Shown here piece after piece: positions 27,000 to 39,640 of a DNA stretch of 64,000 nucleotides. How positions within the stretch are numbered: the first letter of the stretch is position 1; each line of letters opens with the position of its first letter. The notes beneath the pieces are model-generated. The model worked only from the letters and a program-made list of their open reading frames with translations. It did not search any database and was not told where the DNA came from. The position numbers were made by a program, and so were the translations under genes. The DNA comes from Eledone cirrhosa (taxonomy: Eukaryota), in the NCBI GenBank assembly GCA_964016885.1, contig OZ024742.1:210676001-210740000 (forward strand), written 5' to 3'.

Positions 27000-28445
27000 T
27001 TATGTTTTTTTTTGGGGGGGGGGGGGGGTTGTTTGTGATGTTTGTTCTGTTTGTGCTGGTGGTTGTGTGTTTGTAGCATTTTTGTTAATGTGGTGCCTTT
27101 TTTTTTTCCTTTTCACCTGTTGAAAGGGTTCTCCCTCGTCGTCACTGGGTGACGTTGATACGGAGTCCTCTTCCGTGTTGTTGGGGAGGGGTATATTTTG
27201 GGGTTTTGTTGTGGTTGCTTTTGTATTTGTTTTAGGTGGGGAGGGGTTGGGTGGAACAGTGTTTTGTGTTGTTATTTTTCCGTGTTGTTGTGGTTGTTGT
27301 TGTTGTGGTGGTGGTGGTGGTTGTGTTGTTGTGTTCGGGGTTGGCAGAAGAGCCTTTTCTTTTTTACTCGTTAATTGAGGACAGGCAGCCCTCCGGTGAC
27401 CCCTGCTTAAGCAGTGGTAACATGACGGCCGCCTTCCCTCCACTGAAATGTTTATATAAGTTAGCCCGTCCAGAGGCACGCATTGTGGGATATTCGCTAT
27501 TCGTTCTGGGCTCATTTGCACCAGAACTTCTACGCTGATCCCACCAAATACACCTCCGGAGGACTTTCCTATTGAAATTATCTTGTCTTCATCAAAGTCA
27601 ATGATTCCACATAGTATCCACCAAATATTTACATTTGGTGTGATACTCATTATTTTTATTCTTTGTGTCCTTTTTCCCCTGTATGTGGAGGAAAAGGTGA
27701 AGCGGGGGGACACAATGGGTGATACCGAGTACATTTGTGCTGTTGACTGGTTGTTTATTAGCACCGAAATGCTACCAAACAGTTTACCTTTTTGTATGAA
27801 GGTTATGTCCTTCATTGCATCTTTTAGAACCAGCCCAATTTCATTTTGTGTTAATTGAGCTGGTTTTCTTGTTTCGTTCGATATTGTCCTGAAAACCACA
27901 GTTTTCAGGACAACCTCTCTACGTAATTCCTGTGGAGAATTGATGCTAAAAGCACCGTTTTCGCCAAAAGTCACGAATTGTTTTGCGTCTTGTAATAGTT
28001 GTTTAGCATTTGTTATGTCTATTGGCGTGTATAGTTCGTTTTTTTTTACAATCTGTGCGAATGTTGTTTTGATGTTGTCTTTTTTGTTGCTGCTGTTGTT
28101 GTCACTGTTGGTAATATTATTCATGTTTTCCTTGCTATTGTTGCAGTTATTGGTTGTGGTGTTATTGTCATTGTTCTTGTTGTTGGTGCTGGTATTATTT
28201 ACCGGGTTTGGTTTCGTGGTTTCAATATTTGCAACGTTTTTCGATAATGCGAGGGGGGAAGGCTGTAAGCTTTGTACTCCTACCTTCCCTCCACCACTTT
28301 TCTTAGTGGGCGTGGCACTCACGACAGTGTGCGAGGTGGAAATGGCATCCATTGCCACCAAATCTACAGTTTTGAGATGAAAATGAAAATTTCGCCCCAG
28401 AAAGGGGCGAAAATTAGTTGACTCAACGTCTGCAGGCCCAGGCAA
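27000..28445 (-). CDS. Tx1 ORF1 (gag-like nucleic-acid-binding protein)
   Basis: 481 aa ORF with TFAQIVK, CYHCLSRGHRRAAC knuckle and FQQVKRKKK; ends at a homopolymer run and probably continues into 26443-26901. Confidence 0.8.
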   Translation of the reverse strand: MPGPADVESTNFRPFLGRNFHFHLKTVDLVAMDAISTSHTVVSATPTKKSGGGKVGVQSLQPSPLALSKNVANIETTKPNPVNNTSTNNKNNDNNTTTNNCNNSKENMNNITNSDNNSSNKKDNIKTTFAQIVKKNELYTPIDITNAKQLLQDAKQFVTFGENGAFSINSPQELRREVVLKTVVFRTISNETRKPAQLTQNEIGLVLKDAMKDITFIQKGKLFGSISVLINNQSTAQMYSVSPIVSPRFTFSSTYRGKRTQRIKIMSITPNVNIWWILCGIIDFDEDKIISIGKSSGGVFGGISVEVLVQMSPERIANIPQCVPLDGLTYINISVEGRRPSCYHCLSRGHRRAACPQLTSKKEKALLPTPNTTTQPPPPPQQQQPQQHGKITTQNTVPPNPSPPKTNTKATTTKPQNIPLPNNTEEDSVSTSPSDDEGEPFQQVKRKKKRHHINKNATNTQPPAQTEQTSQTTPPPPQKKT

Positions 28446-28544
28446 GGGGTTAACTAAACAATGCTATTAAATTAAGCAATGAACTCGCAGTTTTTTTTTA
28501 AATAATCCGTAAAAATCCGGAGCGAAGTAATTCACGTCTATATC

Positions 28545-29010
28545 AAGTTGGTGTTAAATGATATAGAAAGGGGTATTGGAAGAGAATTCTGTGTAGTAGA
28601 TATAGAGAGGGGGAGGCGGGTGTTTAGTGTTAATTGATATAGAGAGGGGGTTTGGGAGAGAGTGTTGTATGGTTGACGTAGAGAAGGGGGGGGTTTGGTG
28701 GTAATGAATAGAGTGGGAGAATTTGAAAGTGAGAGGAAATAAGAGAGAGTGCTGTATGGTAGATATAGAGAGGGGCTTAGTTTGGTGGTAATTGATATAG
28801 AGAGGAGGATTGGAAGAGAGAGAGTTTCGTATAGCAGATATAGAGAGGGGTAGATTTCAATGCTTGTAGATATAATGAGGGGATTGGGAGAGATGAATAT
28901 TGCTTAAATATTTAAAGGGGGACTGGATGAGACATTGTCGTAAAAGATATGGAGGAGGGAGTTTGTGATGGAGAGAGAGAGTGAATGATTACGAGAGAGT
29001 GTGGTAGAGA
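28545..29010. repeat. G/A-rich degenerate tandem repeat (GATATAGAGAGGGGG core, ~30-35 bp units)
   Basis: Same repeat at 44525-45120 and, inverted, at 47195-47950. Confidence 0.85.
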
Positions 29011-29745
29011 TGGCGAGGGAGAGAGTTTGTTTTTAGTAGCTAACAGAGAGAGGCATTAAAAAAGAGTTTTTAGTGATAGTCATAGAGAGGAAGAGTTTGA
29101 TGGTACTCTCCGGTGGTAAATGTCAACCATGATGCTGAGCTTTGTAGCCTCCGTCTCGGACGTGCGATCTATTCTCCCCCAGGTGCATTTGCTCATAATA
29201 GTGAGAGATGAGGGGGGTGGCGAGAGAGATGGAGGCGATGACAGTGGGAGTTCGGCTCTTCTGTGTTCGGACCTGGTGTCCAACAAATTGTAAAAAGCTT
29301 TACAAAACGTGTAGACAACAATAATTATAACAATGTAAACTCAAACCACTCCATAGACATAACATCAATGACTTGTCGTAGCTCATAGGGTAGGTTACCA
29401 TAGGTTCGTTAAGGTTAGGCTATGATTATTTACTCAGGCTGTTTATGTCAGATGAGGATAAGGAATTTTTAGGTTTTTAAAATTACCGCGTATGAATTAC
29501 CGGTGTGGTAGCATGTTGTTTACTAATAAAACAGTTCAGTTAAATCATTTTGTTATCTTTAAAATAAATTTTGCAAATTGAATTTTTATTTTACAGCTAT
29601 TTAGTGTTTATTTCCATGTTTTATATTTTGTGCAAATAAAGAATGGCAAGCGCATCTAGGGCTTTGGAGATAGTAGTGCCTTATTGAGGAGGGAGGCGAT
29701 CGTCTTATTCGGCGAATATAGGCCTAAACTTTAGGCCTATACACC

Positions 29746-30196
29746 TTTAGTGGATTGGTCATTGGGTTATTTATTCCGGTAAATACCACTGCATGCCAAC
29801 CACTAATTTAATTTGAAAGAAGATATAGAAGAACTTTTATGTGATTTTCCTTGGTCAGAATTATCTCTCTACATTCAGCGTAATAAAATGAAGCATGACG
29901 AATATCTCAAAACGAGTATCAATAACAATTTGTATTTTATTGTAGTGTGCGTATTACAATTTGGTAGTAAAGCGTACCTTGTGACATGATAGAAGTGTAA
30001 TCCTGAAATACAAGATAGGATTAGAAAATCTTAACATATTTATGCTCGGTGCGGTCAGTTCGAGAGCCTGCTGCCAAAGAGAGAGATTGCCCTTTTCTCT
30101 TTCTTTTATAATACCTGGAACGGAAGTTCAAGGAATGTTCTAGAAATTCTACGGGAAGTAACTCTAGCTACTTCCGTTTATCCAGACAGCGTTACA
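29746..30196 (-). repeat. 3' LTR
   Basis: Aligns to 34588-35039 with about 27 differences counted by eye. Confidence 0.95.
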
Positions 30197-30619
30197 AGAC
30201 TCCCCTCTCAGGCGAGAAGTCGAATAACCAACCGAAGGTCATTGTAGCGAGAACCAGTAAGAAATGAGGAGCAAAGCAAAGATACAAGAAAGGGCATGAA
30301 TAAAACATGAGCTCGCAACTGAAGCAAATAGCAAAAAAGTACAAAACAAGTAAATGCATTTTACAAAGAAAAGATTTTTTGGTTGCACAAGGATGGTGCA
30401 GAAAAAATGTAAATGTAACAAAACTGATAACTCAAAGTTAACATAAAGGAGCAGAGAAAAATTAATGCTCAATGATTAGTTCAAAGTTTCTTCAAAAATC
30501 AAATAGTTCATACATCACCAGTGTACAGACTTTTCTAACACTAATTCTATCTGAAACTGAAAAGAGTTTGTTAATGCCACTAGGGGTTAAATGTATATAG
30601 TTTTTGACAATTTACGTGG

Positions 30620-33600
30620 TCATTTTACTGTTCTGCCACCTCGTGTGACATAAGGTTGTGTGTTATGTGGTGTTTGCGGTGGAGGTGAAGGTGTTGGTGT
30701 GGGAGTGAATGTACGAGGTGTATCAGGAATTGTAATGAGACTTTCAGAGAAAGCCCTCTTTGCTCTGTCAATGGATATTGTCTCTTTTCGACCATTGACA
30801 GCCACTGTGAAATGTTTTGGTGTGTGCGAAAGCACACGAAAAGGTCCATTATATGGTGACGTAAGCCGTCTCTTGACGGAATAATTCCATATAAAAATAT
30901 GTGTCCACGTAGAGATGTCCGATGGAACAGCAGAAGAAATAGACTGGTCACGAGGGTTCATTGGTGGAAGATCCGAGAAGTAAGAACGAATCCTGGAGAC
31001 ATATGATATTAGATCAAGATGCGATGAATCAACCGGTGCTAGCATTTGACCGGGAAGAGTCAAGGTGGTACCATAAAGAAGTTCAGCTGAGGAGAAACCC
31101 AAATCTGTCTTAACGGCAGAACGACAACCAAGAAGCATGATTGGCAAAAATTCGGTCCAACGTTGCGGATCAGGAGTAGCGCGGAGTGCAGCTTTCAACT
31201 GTCTGTGAAACCTCTCCACCATTCCGTTGGAGGCTGGGTGATAGCTGGTCGTATAAATGTCGTGATATTTCACGAAATAAGGAAGCCTCGAACTGGCGTC
31301 CCCGATCCGTGATTATTTTAGAAGGAGCACCAAAGCGAGCAACCCAATTGGAAAAGAAAGCTCGGGCAACAGACTCGGCTGTTATGTCCACTAGGGGTAT
31401 GGCTTCCGGCCACCGAGAGAAACGATTGATGCAGGTCAATATATATGTGAACCCACGACTAACGGGCCAAGGACCAACAATAACCATGTGAATGTGACGG
31501 AAACGAGCGTCCAGCGGGCTGAATTTACAAAGGGTAGCACGAACATGCCGATGAACCTTAGAACGCTGACACTGCAAACAAGAACGTGCCCAACCGGTGA
31601 TTAAACGACGCATGTTAGGCCAGAAGAATCGGGCTGTAATGAGTTTCACCGTGGCAGCTATGCCGGCATGCGACAAGGAATGAAGTGCATCAAAAATGGT
31701 ACGCTGATGACAATCTGGAACAAGTGGTCTGGGTGAGCCGGTAGAAATGTCGCAAAGAATTTTCCCTTCAGCAGACGGAAGAGGTAAATATTCAAATTTA
31801 CAGCAGGAAAACTGGGTAGAAGAAATATCCAGAGAATCTAAAGTAGGTTGGTCAGTCGCAATGGCAACCAAATCAATATGTGCAGGAGACGCAAGGGAGC
31901 ACGCAGGAAGTCGAGACAGTGCGTCCGCGGGTACGTTGGCAGCTCCAGCTATATGATGAATGTTACTGGTGTACTGGGAAATGAAATCCAAATGCCTGTA
32001 TACCCGCGGAGAGTAATTGTCGGACTTGGATTGAAGAGCGAATGTGAGTGGTTTATGATCTGTGAATACCGTGAACTCCCGACCTTCAAGAAGATGGTGG
32101 AAGTGTCTCACAGCAAGATAAACTGCTAAAAGCTCTCTGTCAAAAGTACTGTAACGTTGCTCTACTGGTTTTAGTTGGCGTGAGAAAAACGCCAGTGGTT
32201 GAAACTGGTGGTTGATTGTATGTTGCAAGACTGCTCCGACAGCATGGTCGGATGGATCGACAGTTAAGGATAGCCTCGCGTTCGCAAAAGGACGAGCCAG
32301 AAAGGAAACTTTAGCTATTTCGGACTTGACGGATTCAAAAGATTGCAAAGCATCGGCAGAAAGTGAAATAGGAGCATCTTTCTTTTCCCAGCCTTTAAAA
32401 ACTCTGTCAAGGGAAACAACTTGTCCGCACAGTTAGGGATGAAACGACGATAAAAGATGATTAATCCTAAGAAATGACGTAACTGCCTCAATGAGGTGGG
32501 AGTGCGATTCGCTGAATCGCTTCCACCTTAGATGGCAGAGGTCGAATGCTTTCTGAATCTATCAGATGTCCTAGGAATTCTAATGAATCTGTACCAAACA
32601 CACATTTAGCTGGGTTGATTCTGACCTGGTACGATTGAAGACGTTGAAATAACTGAGATAGATGTTGATGATGATGTTCAGCTGTGTCGCTGGCTATTAG
32701 GTCATCCACATAAGCAAACACGAAATTCAATCCACGCATGACTTCATCGATAAAACGTTGGAACGTACTAGAGGCATTCCGCAAACCAAAAGGCATGGAC
32801 AGGAATTCAAATGAACCAAACGGGGTGGTCACGGTTGTCTTTGGTATATCCTCTGGATTCATGGGTATCTGGTGGTATGCACGTACCAGATCTATTTTGG
32901 AAAATATCGTGCATCCATGAAGAACGGATGAAAAATCCTGTAGGTTGGGTATAGGATAACTATCAAGTGTAGTGATAGCGTTAAGTCTTCGGTAATCTCC
33001 TACCGGTCTACAATCCGCCTCACCCTTTCGAGCCAAGAGCAGTGGAGATGCCCATGGGCTGGTGGAAGGTTGTATTAGACCGAGCTGGAGCATGTGCTCG
33101 AACTCGTCTCGGGATTTTTTTAGTCTATCAGGAGCCAACCTTCGTGGACGAGAGAAAACAGGTGGACCAGTCATTGTAATGAAGTGTTGAGTCGAGTGGA
33201 CTGCCTGGGTAGGTTTAAATGAAATATCCGTTAACTCGGGAAACGAAGTAAGGAGTGCATGAAACTGGTTTCCAGCGGCAACCACAAAAAACAACGGACT
33301 GACAGCAGCAGCAGTAGATTTACGAGTAGGCGTAGATAAGGATGTGGTATCATCCACAAGCTTCTGTTTCCTGACATCTACCAAAAGTGAATAGTGCTGT
33401 AAGAAATCCGCACCGAGAATAGGATGAGGTAGGTCGGCAATGACGAAAATCCATTTAAAATCTCGACGCAAAGCTAGGTCCAGTGATAAAGATATCTGTC
33501 CATAGGTTTTTATAGGAGACTGGTTCACTGCATACAAAGAAATGCCGGAAAAATTTGGCTTGGTAGAGCTGAACCGTAAGGGCCAAATACTGCAACTTGA

Positions 33601-33747
33601 TCCTGTGTTGACCATGAATGACCTGTTTGAGACACGGTCTCTGATGAAGAAAGCACGATAAGGTGAAATGTTAAGGGAGATGTCTGCCGTGCCCAGACTC
33701 TCCAAACTTAGTTTTCCGATGCCCCAAAAGAGCAGGGCTTGATACAA
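30620..33747 (-). pseudogene. Gypsy pol (protease, RT, RNase H, integrase), frameshifted
   Basis: FMVNTGS (catalytic D to N), ILGADFL, DYRRLN, MPFGL, AYVDD, FTDHKPL, HHCC motif, TDRG, SNGMVERFH, GPF. Confidence 0.93.
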
Positions 33748-34468
33748 TGATGTGCCTTATCACTGAAACGCGCATGGTACCAACACAAAGAAGAACTGTT
33801 GGCTGGGGAGTTGGTACGTTGGTGAGAAGAAAAATACCGACTTCGTGAACGCCGCCTAGGTGGCGCTCGATCGCGACACAGTTTAGCTACTTGACGTGTT
33901 AACTCGTCAATAGCTCTCAACATGGCTTCCTCACTAGGTGAGGCAGGCTGTTTTTTAAGAATAGAAGAAGCAATAACCGAATCAGCCGAGGTAGGTCCCC
34001 TAGAAAATTCAATAATCCTGTCCGCAGAGACAGCAATTTGTTCTATAGAACTGGTGTCAAACATATTTGCCAATATGGTTTGCACATTGGTTGGCAATCG
34101 GGAGAAGAATAACTTTTTTACGAAGGAACTGTCTTCGGGCGCAGCATCGCTGAGTTCTCGGATACGCCGTAAAAACTCTGAGTTCTGTCCTCCAGATTTT
34201 CATCTTCCAATAATGAACGAAATCTACTCTCAGACGACCTACTGTTCCTACGCAGTACCTCTGTCTTCAGAGACTCGTAGGAGGCGCCTTGTGGGGGGTC
34301 TGTTATGATGTCCTTTACTGTAGTTGCCAGCGAAGCAGGAATTCCACTAATCAGCACGTGTAGTTTTTTCTGTGCTGCCTGTACTCCGTTGGCAGCAAAA
34401 TACGCATCTAGTTGGGCAAACCACAATTTAGCATCGCCAGAATACGCCAGTAACGATGTGTTGCTCAT
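33708..34468 (-). pseudogene. Gypsy gag, frameshifted
   Basis: LWFAQLDAYF and [18 protein letters not shown] (C-X2-H-X9-C-X3-C). Confidence 0.88.
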
Positions 34469-34587
34469 AATTGTGACACGGTGGATGCTGAGCGAGGAAT
34501 GCTCATAGACAAAACTTGGTCGGATAAACAGAAGCGAGAGAGATGATTTTCAGGAGAAATTTTTATGTTCAAACGTCGGGTCACCAC

Positions 34588-35039
34588 TTTAGTGGATTGG
34601 TCATTGGGTTATTTACTCCGGTAAATACCACTGCATGCCAACCACTAATTTAATTTGAAAGAAGATATAGAAGAACTTTCATGTGATTTTCCTTGGTTAG
34701 AATTATCTCTCTGCATTCGAAGTAATAAAATGAAGCATGACCAATATCTCAAAACGAGTACCAATAACAATTTGTATTTTATTGTAGTGTGCGTATTATA
34801 ATTTGGTAACAAAACGTACCTTGTGACTTGATAGAAGTGTTATCCTGAAAATACAAGATAGGATTAGAAAAGCTTAACATATTTATGCTCGGTGTGGTCA
34901 GTTCGAGAGCCTGCTGCCAAAGAGGGAGATTGCCCTTTTCTCTTTCTTTTATAATACCCGGAACAGAAGTTTAAGGAATGTTCTAGAAATTCTACGGGAA
35001 GTAACTCTAGCTACTTCCCTTTATCTAGAGAGCACTACA
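34588..35039 (-). repeat. 5' LTR
   Basis: Followed on the minus strand by the PBS at ~34573-34586. Confidence 0.95.
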
Positions 35040-35349
35040 CACCTTTTAAATTAAAACTACTAATACCTCCGTTAGCCAACTAACAGAGAACGAAGGATAG
35101 CCTTGGACATGAACTGTCCTCTCTAAATGTGTATGTAAAAACTAATAATTTTTCTTCTCCATTTTATTATTATTCGTGTAAATATGCAACTTAACTGCAC
35201 ATTGAAAAAGCATATAATGCTGAAACCGGTACACGATTAAATGCGGAAGTACCCACTTCATAAATAAATGTTTTGATATTATACTGAAAAAATCCCTCCA
35301 GCATTTTCTGCTGTACTTTTTTCCTTTTTACTATTTGTTTATATATACA

Positions 35350-35394
<45 letters not shown>

Positions 35395-35699
35395 TATATA
35401 TATATATATGTAGATGTATCTCTTTTCTTTTCTTGTCCTCTTTGTCTTCTTCTTCCCCCTGTCTCATCCTATCACTTCCTTCCACCCCCTATTTTCTTCC
35501 TCGTCTGCTTTTCCCCTTCGCCTACCCCGATGCAGCCCATCGGGCCTCTGTAGCATCAGTTTCCCCACCCCTGTAATTTTAAGATAGAATTGGCTGAATA
35601 CGTTTTACTAACTACTTATAGCAGACGTGTTAAACCCCTTTAATTCTGTATCACTTCTGGTACTACTCAATTTCTACAAGTTTTTTCTATTCTCAACTT

Positions 35700-36218
35700 A
35701 TTAACCTGTAATTGTAAGATAGCATTGTGATTTTTTTTATTCATTTCTCACTATCTAATTTTATATATTTCTTTCTATTATATTTTATTGTCTCCTACTC
35801 TCATTCGATTTACCTTTTCTATTACCTCCCTCCTCCACTTCATTCACTATTCTTAGAATCTGCTACATATCACTTTCAACGCTTGACCGCCCCACTCACT
35901 CCCCTATTGTTCTACAGGCAAGTTCAGCCACGCCTACCCCCCCCCCCATGCCATGATAGACTTATTTGTGTTTACAACAAATTTTAACCAATCCTCTTGA
36001 CAACTACAATCTCCCCATATAAGGAAGTACCCCCTTGACAAGTTCGGCTATTTATTCACCCGGCTAAAAATTCTAATTTTGTCCAGAAATAGCCGTCGAA
36101 ACGGCTTAAGCTCTGCCGTCGGGGTCATACTTTTTCCTATTTCCCACTCTACTACCCTAAGTATTGAGTACTCTGGTGCGTTATGGTCCATCTGGTTCCT
36201 TACCCCAATTCCTTTGTT
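35700..36218 (+). mobile_element. Family D non-coding element with degenerate HHR (36029-36125)
   Basis: Colinear with 53920-54563; ends at (TA)n. Confidence 0.7.
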
Positions 36219-36703
36219 ATATATATATACATATATTATGTTCCTCAAACATATACATATATATATATATAAACAAGGTTTAGTAAATAATGAAAAAGTT
36301 TCAAAATAAATTTTAAAAAATTGACTTTACCTACTATAGTTACCTTTACCGATCGGTTTCGAATCCCAAAAATAAAACGTAGGCCATACGGCCTTCGTTG
36401 CAAAGAGAGATTCTCGTCAGAAGGTTCTTTTCATTCAAAGAATATAAAATTCCTGAATTTAAATCACAAACTAGCGCTATCAAAGACTGTTCCTGGGATG
36501 AGAGTGGATGATGTAGAACAGGTTTATCAAGGGCCGTAGTAAAGATAGAGGCAAAAGGAGGTAGGTCAAACTAGCCACCGCTGTTATCAGCAGCAGTCGG
36601 AATGACCCGGTTTGTTCTCAACGTTTGTGGAGGTAGTAGTAATATGAAATACGTCCTTTCACGCACAAGGCGCCAAGGTACGCATGTATTGTCCAACCAT
36701 ATA

Positions 36704-36734
<31 letters not shown>

Positions 36735-36737
<3 letters not shown>

Positions 36738-37000
36738 AAAAGTCAGCTCAAAAGTGACACAGAGGTGACTGAGGTTAGCTGGACATGCTCACCGACATCC
36801 AGAGTTGACATTGCACTCAGTACTCCTTTGGGAGCCCCTACATGGACACACTAGAAGAGGAAGACCAAGGTTAACGTATGTTGATGCCCTAAGGTCAGAC
36901 ACTGGTCTGTTGGAGACGCAGGACATGGCAGCGATAATGAGGGACAGAGACCGCTGGAGAGAACTCGTCCATGGATCTCGGGAATTTTATCCGCCTTAGA
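36735..37000 (+). mobile_element. RTE-like LINE 3' end, 5'-truncated, within TA-rich repeats
   Basis: LRLAGHAHRHPE..VLLWEP.HGHTRRGRPRLTYVD..RDRWR. Confidence 0.8.
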
Positions 37001-37096
37001 TATGTATATGTATATGTATATGTATATATGTATATATATATATAATCATAAGTGGAAAAAGCAAACAATATAAAAAGTTACCTAATTTACTTTGAA

Positions 37097-37191
37097 GTCT
37101 CGACTCCAGTTTCGCTGTGTAAGAAACAACTTGGATATTCCATAAATTTAGGATATTCTTCGCTCTAAGATATCACGTCTCATCAGGAGAC
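37097..37191 (-). ncRNA. Minimal type I hammerhead ribozyme motif (family H)
   Basis: gtctc-CTGATGA-g...c-GAAA-ctggag-TC-gagac; helix I gtctc/gagac, triplet GUC, stem II base imperfect. Confidence 0.6.
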
Positions 37192-37199
37192 ATTCTTAA

Positions 37200-37480
37200 T
37201 GCAAGAAAAACATTTTCAAGTGACCATTACTGGTGGGTGGGGTGCGTGATCCTCCACCCACCAATTCCAGCTCCCCTGCCAATGAAAACAGTTTTCTCGG
37301 TCTGATCAAATGATTGTAGATGTCAAAAGCGATCATAGCATGATTCTGATGACACTGAAACAACTTCAAAAGACCCACAGACATTAGGCTTGATGTGAAC
37401 AAACTAAGAAATACTCAGGCTGCAGCAATGTTTGAGGCCAGATTGGGTGGCAGGTTTGCAGCACTCAACCTACTAGAAGA
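37200..37480 (+). pseudogene. RTE-like LINE fragment (APE C-terminus and linker)
   Basis: SDQM.V followed by LDVNKLRN..F..RLGGRFAALNLLE. Confidence 0.5.
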
Positions 37481-37488
37481 ATATTTAA

Positions 37489-38699
37489 CCCTTTAGCAAT
37501 CACATTAATTTTCAAATGTCATGCTTATCTGTTCGTCCCTTTATGGCCCGAGTTCAAATCCCGCCGAGGTTAACTTTGCCTTTCATTCTTACGTGGTCGA
37601 TAAAATAAAGTACCAGTAATACACTGTGATAATTGCTGGTCTTGTGCCAAAAGTAGAAACAATTATTTTCAGTTAATCATACTCAAGAGGGTTATCAATT
37701 TTATTTGTTTGTAATTTTCTTAATTTTCTGTGTGCAGGCTTGAAATTTTGTCAGTAGATGTTTAAATATCAATAATTTACAATTATATAATTTTACCTGA
37801 TTTTTTTGGTCAAATTTGACTTTTATGGGCAGGTGAAATTAATTAATAGGGGCATTTGAAGTATCAACCGGGTGCAAATACTGGTTTAATTTTAAATACG
37901 TTGTTTTCGGCATAATACTTGATATACAAGAATCACTAAACCTTATATCAGTGTTCCAGTAATTCCAGTCTTGGAAATTGTTTTATACCGAACATAATAT
38001 TTACGGTAAAAAATGCTTGCATTTCCGCAGCATCTGTCGGTCGCCAAACAGATCGGGTTTTCCTTGATTTGAAATCTGTTGTTGGGCATATCGATTAATC
38101 TCTTCTGCCACAACTTCGAAGAAAGTTTGTGGTAAAAACAAAAAGAAATAATCCAGTGCTTTAGCATCGGGAGCTAATGTGTGTTGTGGACCAGTATTTT
38201 GAATAAAATCGGGAACATATATTAGTGTGGTATTTTTCAACCACGTTGTTGTAATATTTTCAATGGCGTCCTGGAGTCTCCTTCGTTTTCACTTTCAAAA
38301 CAACAATCATCGTCGGACGAAATTTCAGAAATATAAACATCAGATTCATTTGAAGATAAATCACTAATATTATCGTTTGTTTCTTGTTTATTCTGAATGT
38401 CGTCGTGTGTAAAAACTTCAAAGTCGGTTCGCTACTTTCATAAGCCATGTTGATACAAAAAAAAATTTGTTGCACTTTCAAAGTAAAAAAAAACACTTGT
38501 TGTTTTAAGTTGTTCCACTATATTAAGTGTTAATTTTCGCGGTAAGGGCCTAATCTCGCAGCAGTCTCGAACTGACGAGATTTTGATGATGGTCTGTTTA
38601 TTTTTAGAACGATTTTTTAGTGTGGGTATTTTCGGGCGGTTTGAACAAATGAAGGGGAAATAATTTCGGGAGGTTTCGGGCGGTTTGAACACTAAAGGG
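37489..38699 (-). mobile_element. piggyBac-derived deleted element with a nested SINE fragment (37532-37665)
   Basis: TTAA-CCCTTTAG...CTAAAGGG-TTAA ends, subterminal TTCGGGCGGTTTGAACA twice, and minus-strand PGBD-like GP....ALDYFFLFL...FEVVAEEINRYAQQ. Confidence 0.75.
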
Positions 38700-38704
38700 T
38701 TAAA

Positions 38705-39640
38705 CACCCTACGAATGAAAGGACGGCTGTATGACGCCTGTGTGCGAAATGCAATGCTTCATGTTAAAGAAACATGGGTTGTGATTGCAGAGAGCATGTG
38801 TAAGCAGGAGAGAAATGAAGCAATCATGCTTTGATGGATGTGTAATATTAATACAAGAGAACGATAGAGCTTGGATGAATTGAGGGAGAAATTAAATTCA
38901 AGAGGAATCACTAGTGGTGTGCAAGAGAGAAGACTGCATTGATATGGATATGTGATGCCTATGAATAATGATTGTTGGGTGAAGAAATGCTAGGAAATTC
39001 CAGCAGAAAGAAGTCGCAGTAGAGGTGGACGAAGAAAGACCTGGGCAGTGGTGGTGAGAGCTGATCTCAAATTCCTGAAACTCACAGAAGAGAGGATGAA
39101 GGAACTCGACGAGTGCTGAAAAGGACTCGTCCAACCCAAGCAAGCACGGACAGCAGATCACTAAAGGAGATGGCGATAAAACTCAGCCTGGCTCTTCTGC
39201 CATGTCGAAGCTGAACGTTACATGGAAAAGCATGTCCATCAGTTTCCCAACGAGGCTTAAATTGTAGAAGTCCCCAGTGACTTTGATCTTTCTGTATGGG
39301 TGTGAGAACTGGGCTCACATAACCGACATGGAACGAAGAATGCAGTTTTCGAGCACAAGTGCTTTCGGAGATTGTTACTCGTCCCTTACACAGTGCACAG
39401 AACAAATAGCTTTGTCTGACAGAAAAAACAAATATGGTGGCAGGTAGGAACTACTCGTTGCGATGGAAAAAAAAACGAAGCTCGCTTGGTACGGTGACGT
39501 ATCTCGCCAGGCCACTTGAAGGAGGACGAAGATGAGGCAGACTCAAAAAAATCCTGGTCCAACAACATTAAAGACCGAACAGATCACAACACCGCAACCC
39601 TTCGAGGAATAGAGATCAGTGGCGACTAGTGGCTGCGAAA
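38705..39640 (+). pseudogene. Two decayed RTE-clade 3' fragments
   Basis: RMKGRLYDACVR..MLH..ETW, and a second FLYGCENW...WYG.V segment. Confidence 0.65.

Larger units (their letters stand above)
23060..28540 (-). mobile_element. Near full-length L1/Tx1-clade LINE, frameshifted
   Basis: ORF1 with CCHC knuckle; ORF2 with APE, RT and a C-terminal Cys/His motif, in the expected order. Confidence 0.92.
29746..35039 (-). mobile_element. Complete but decayed Ty3/Gypsy LTR retrotransposon, CsRn1-like clade
   Basis: Two ~451 bp LTRs, 4 bp TSD CACC (29742-29745 and 35040-35043), tRNA-Trp-like PBS TGGTGACCCGACGT, PPT AGAGGGGAGTCT, gag CHCC motif, and PR-RT-RH-IN order. Confidence 0.95.

Noticed and set aside
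28545-29010. CRISPR-like repeat-spacer array
   Set aside because: Eukaryotic context, degenerate units, no unique spacers and no cas genes.
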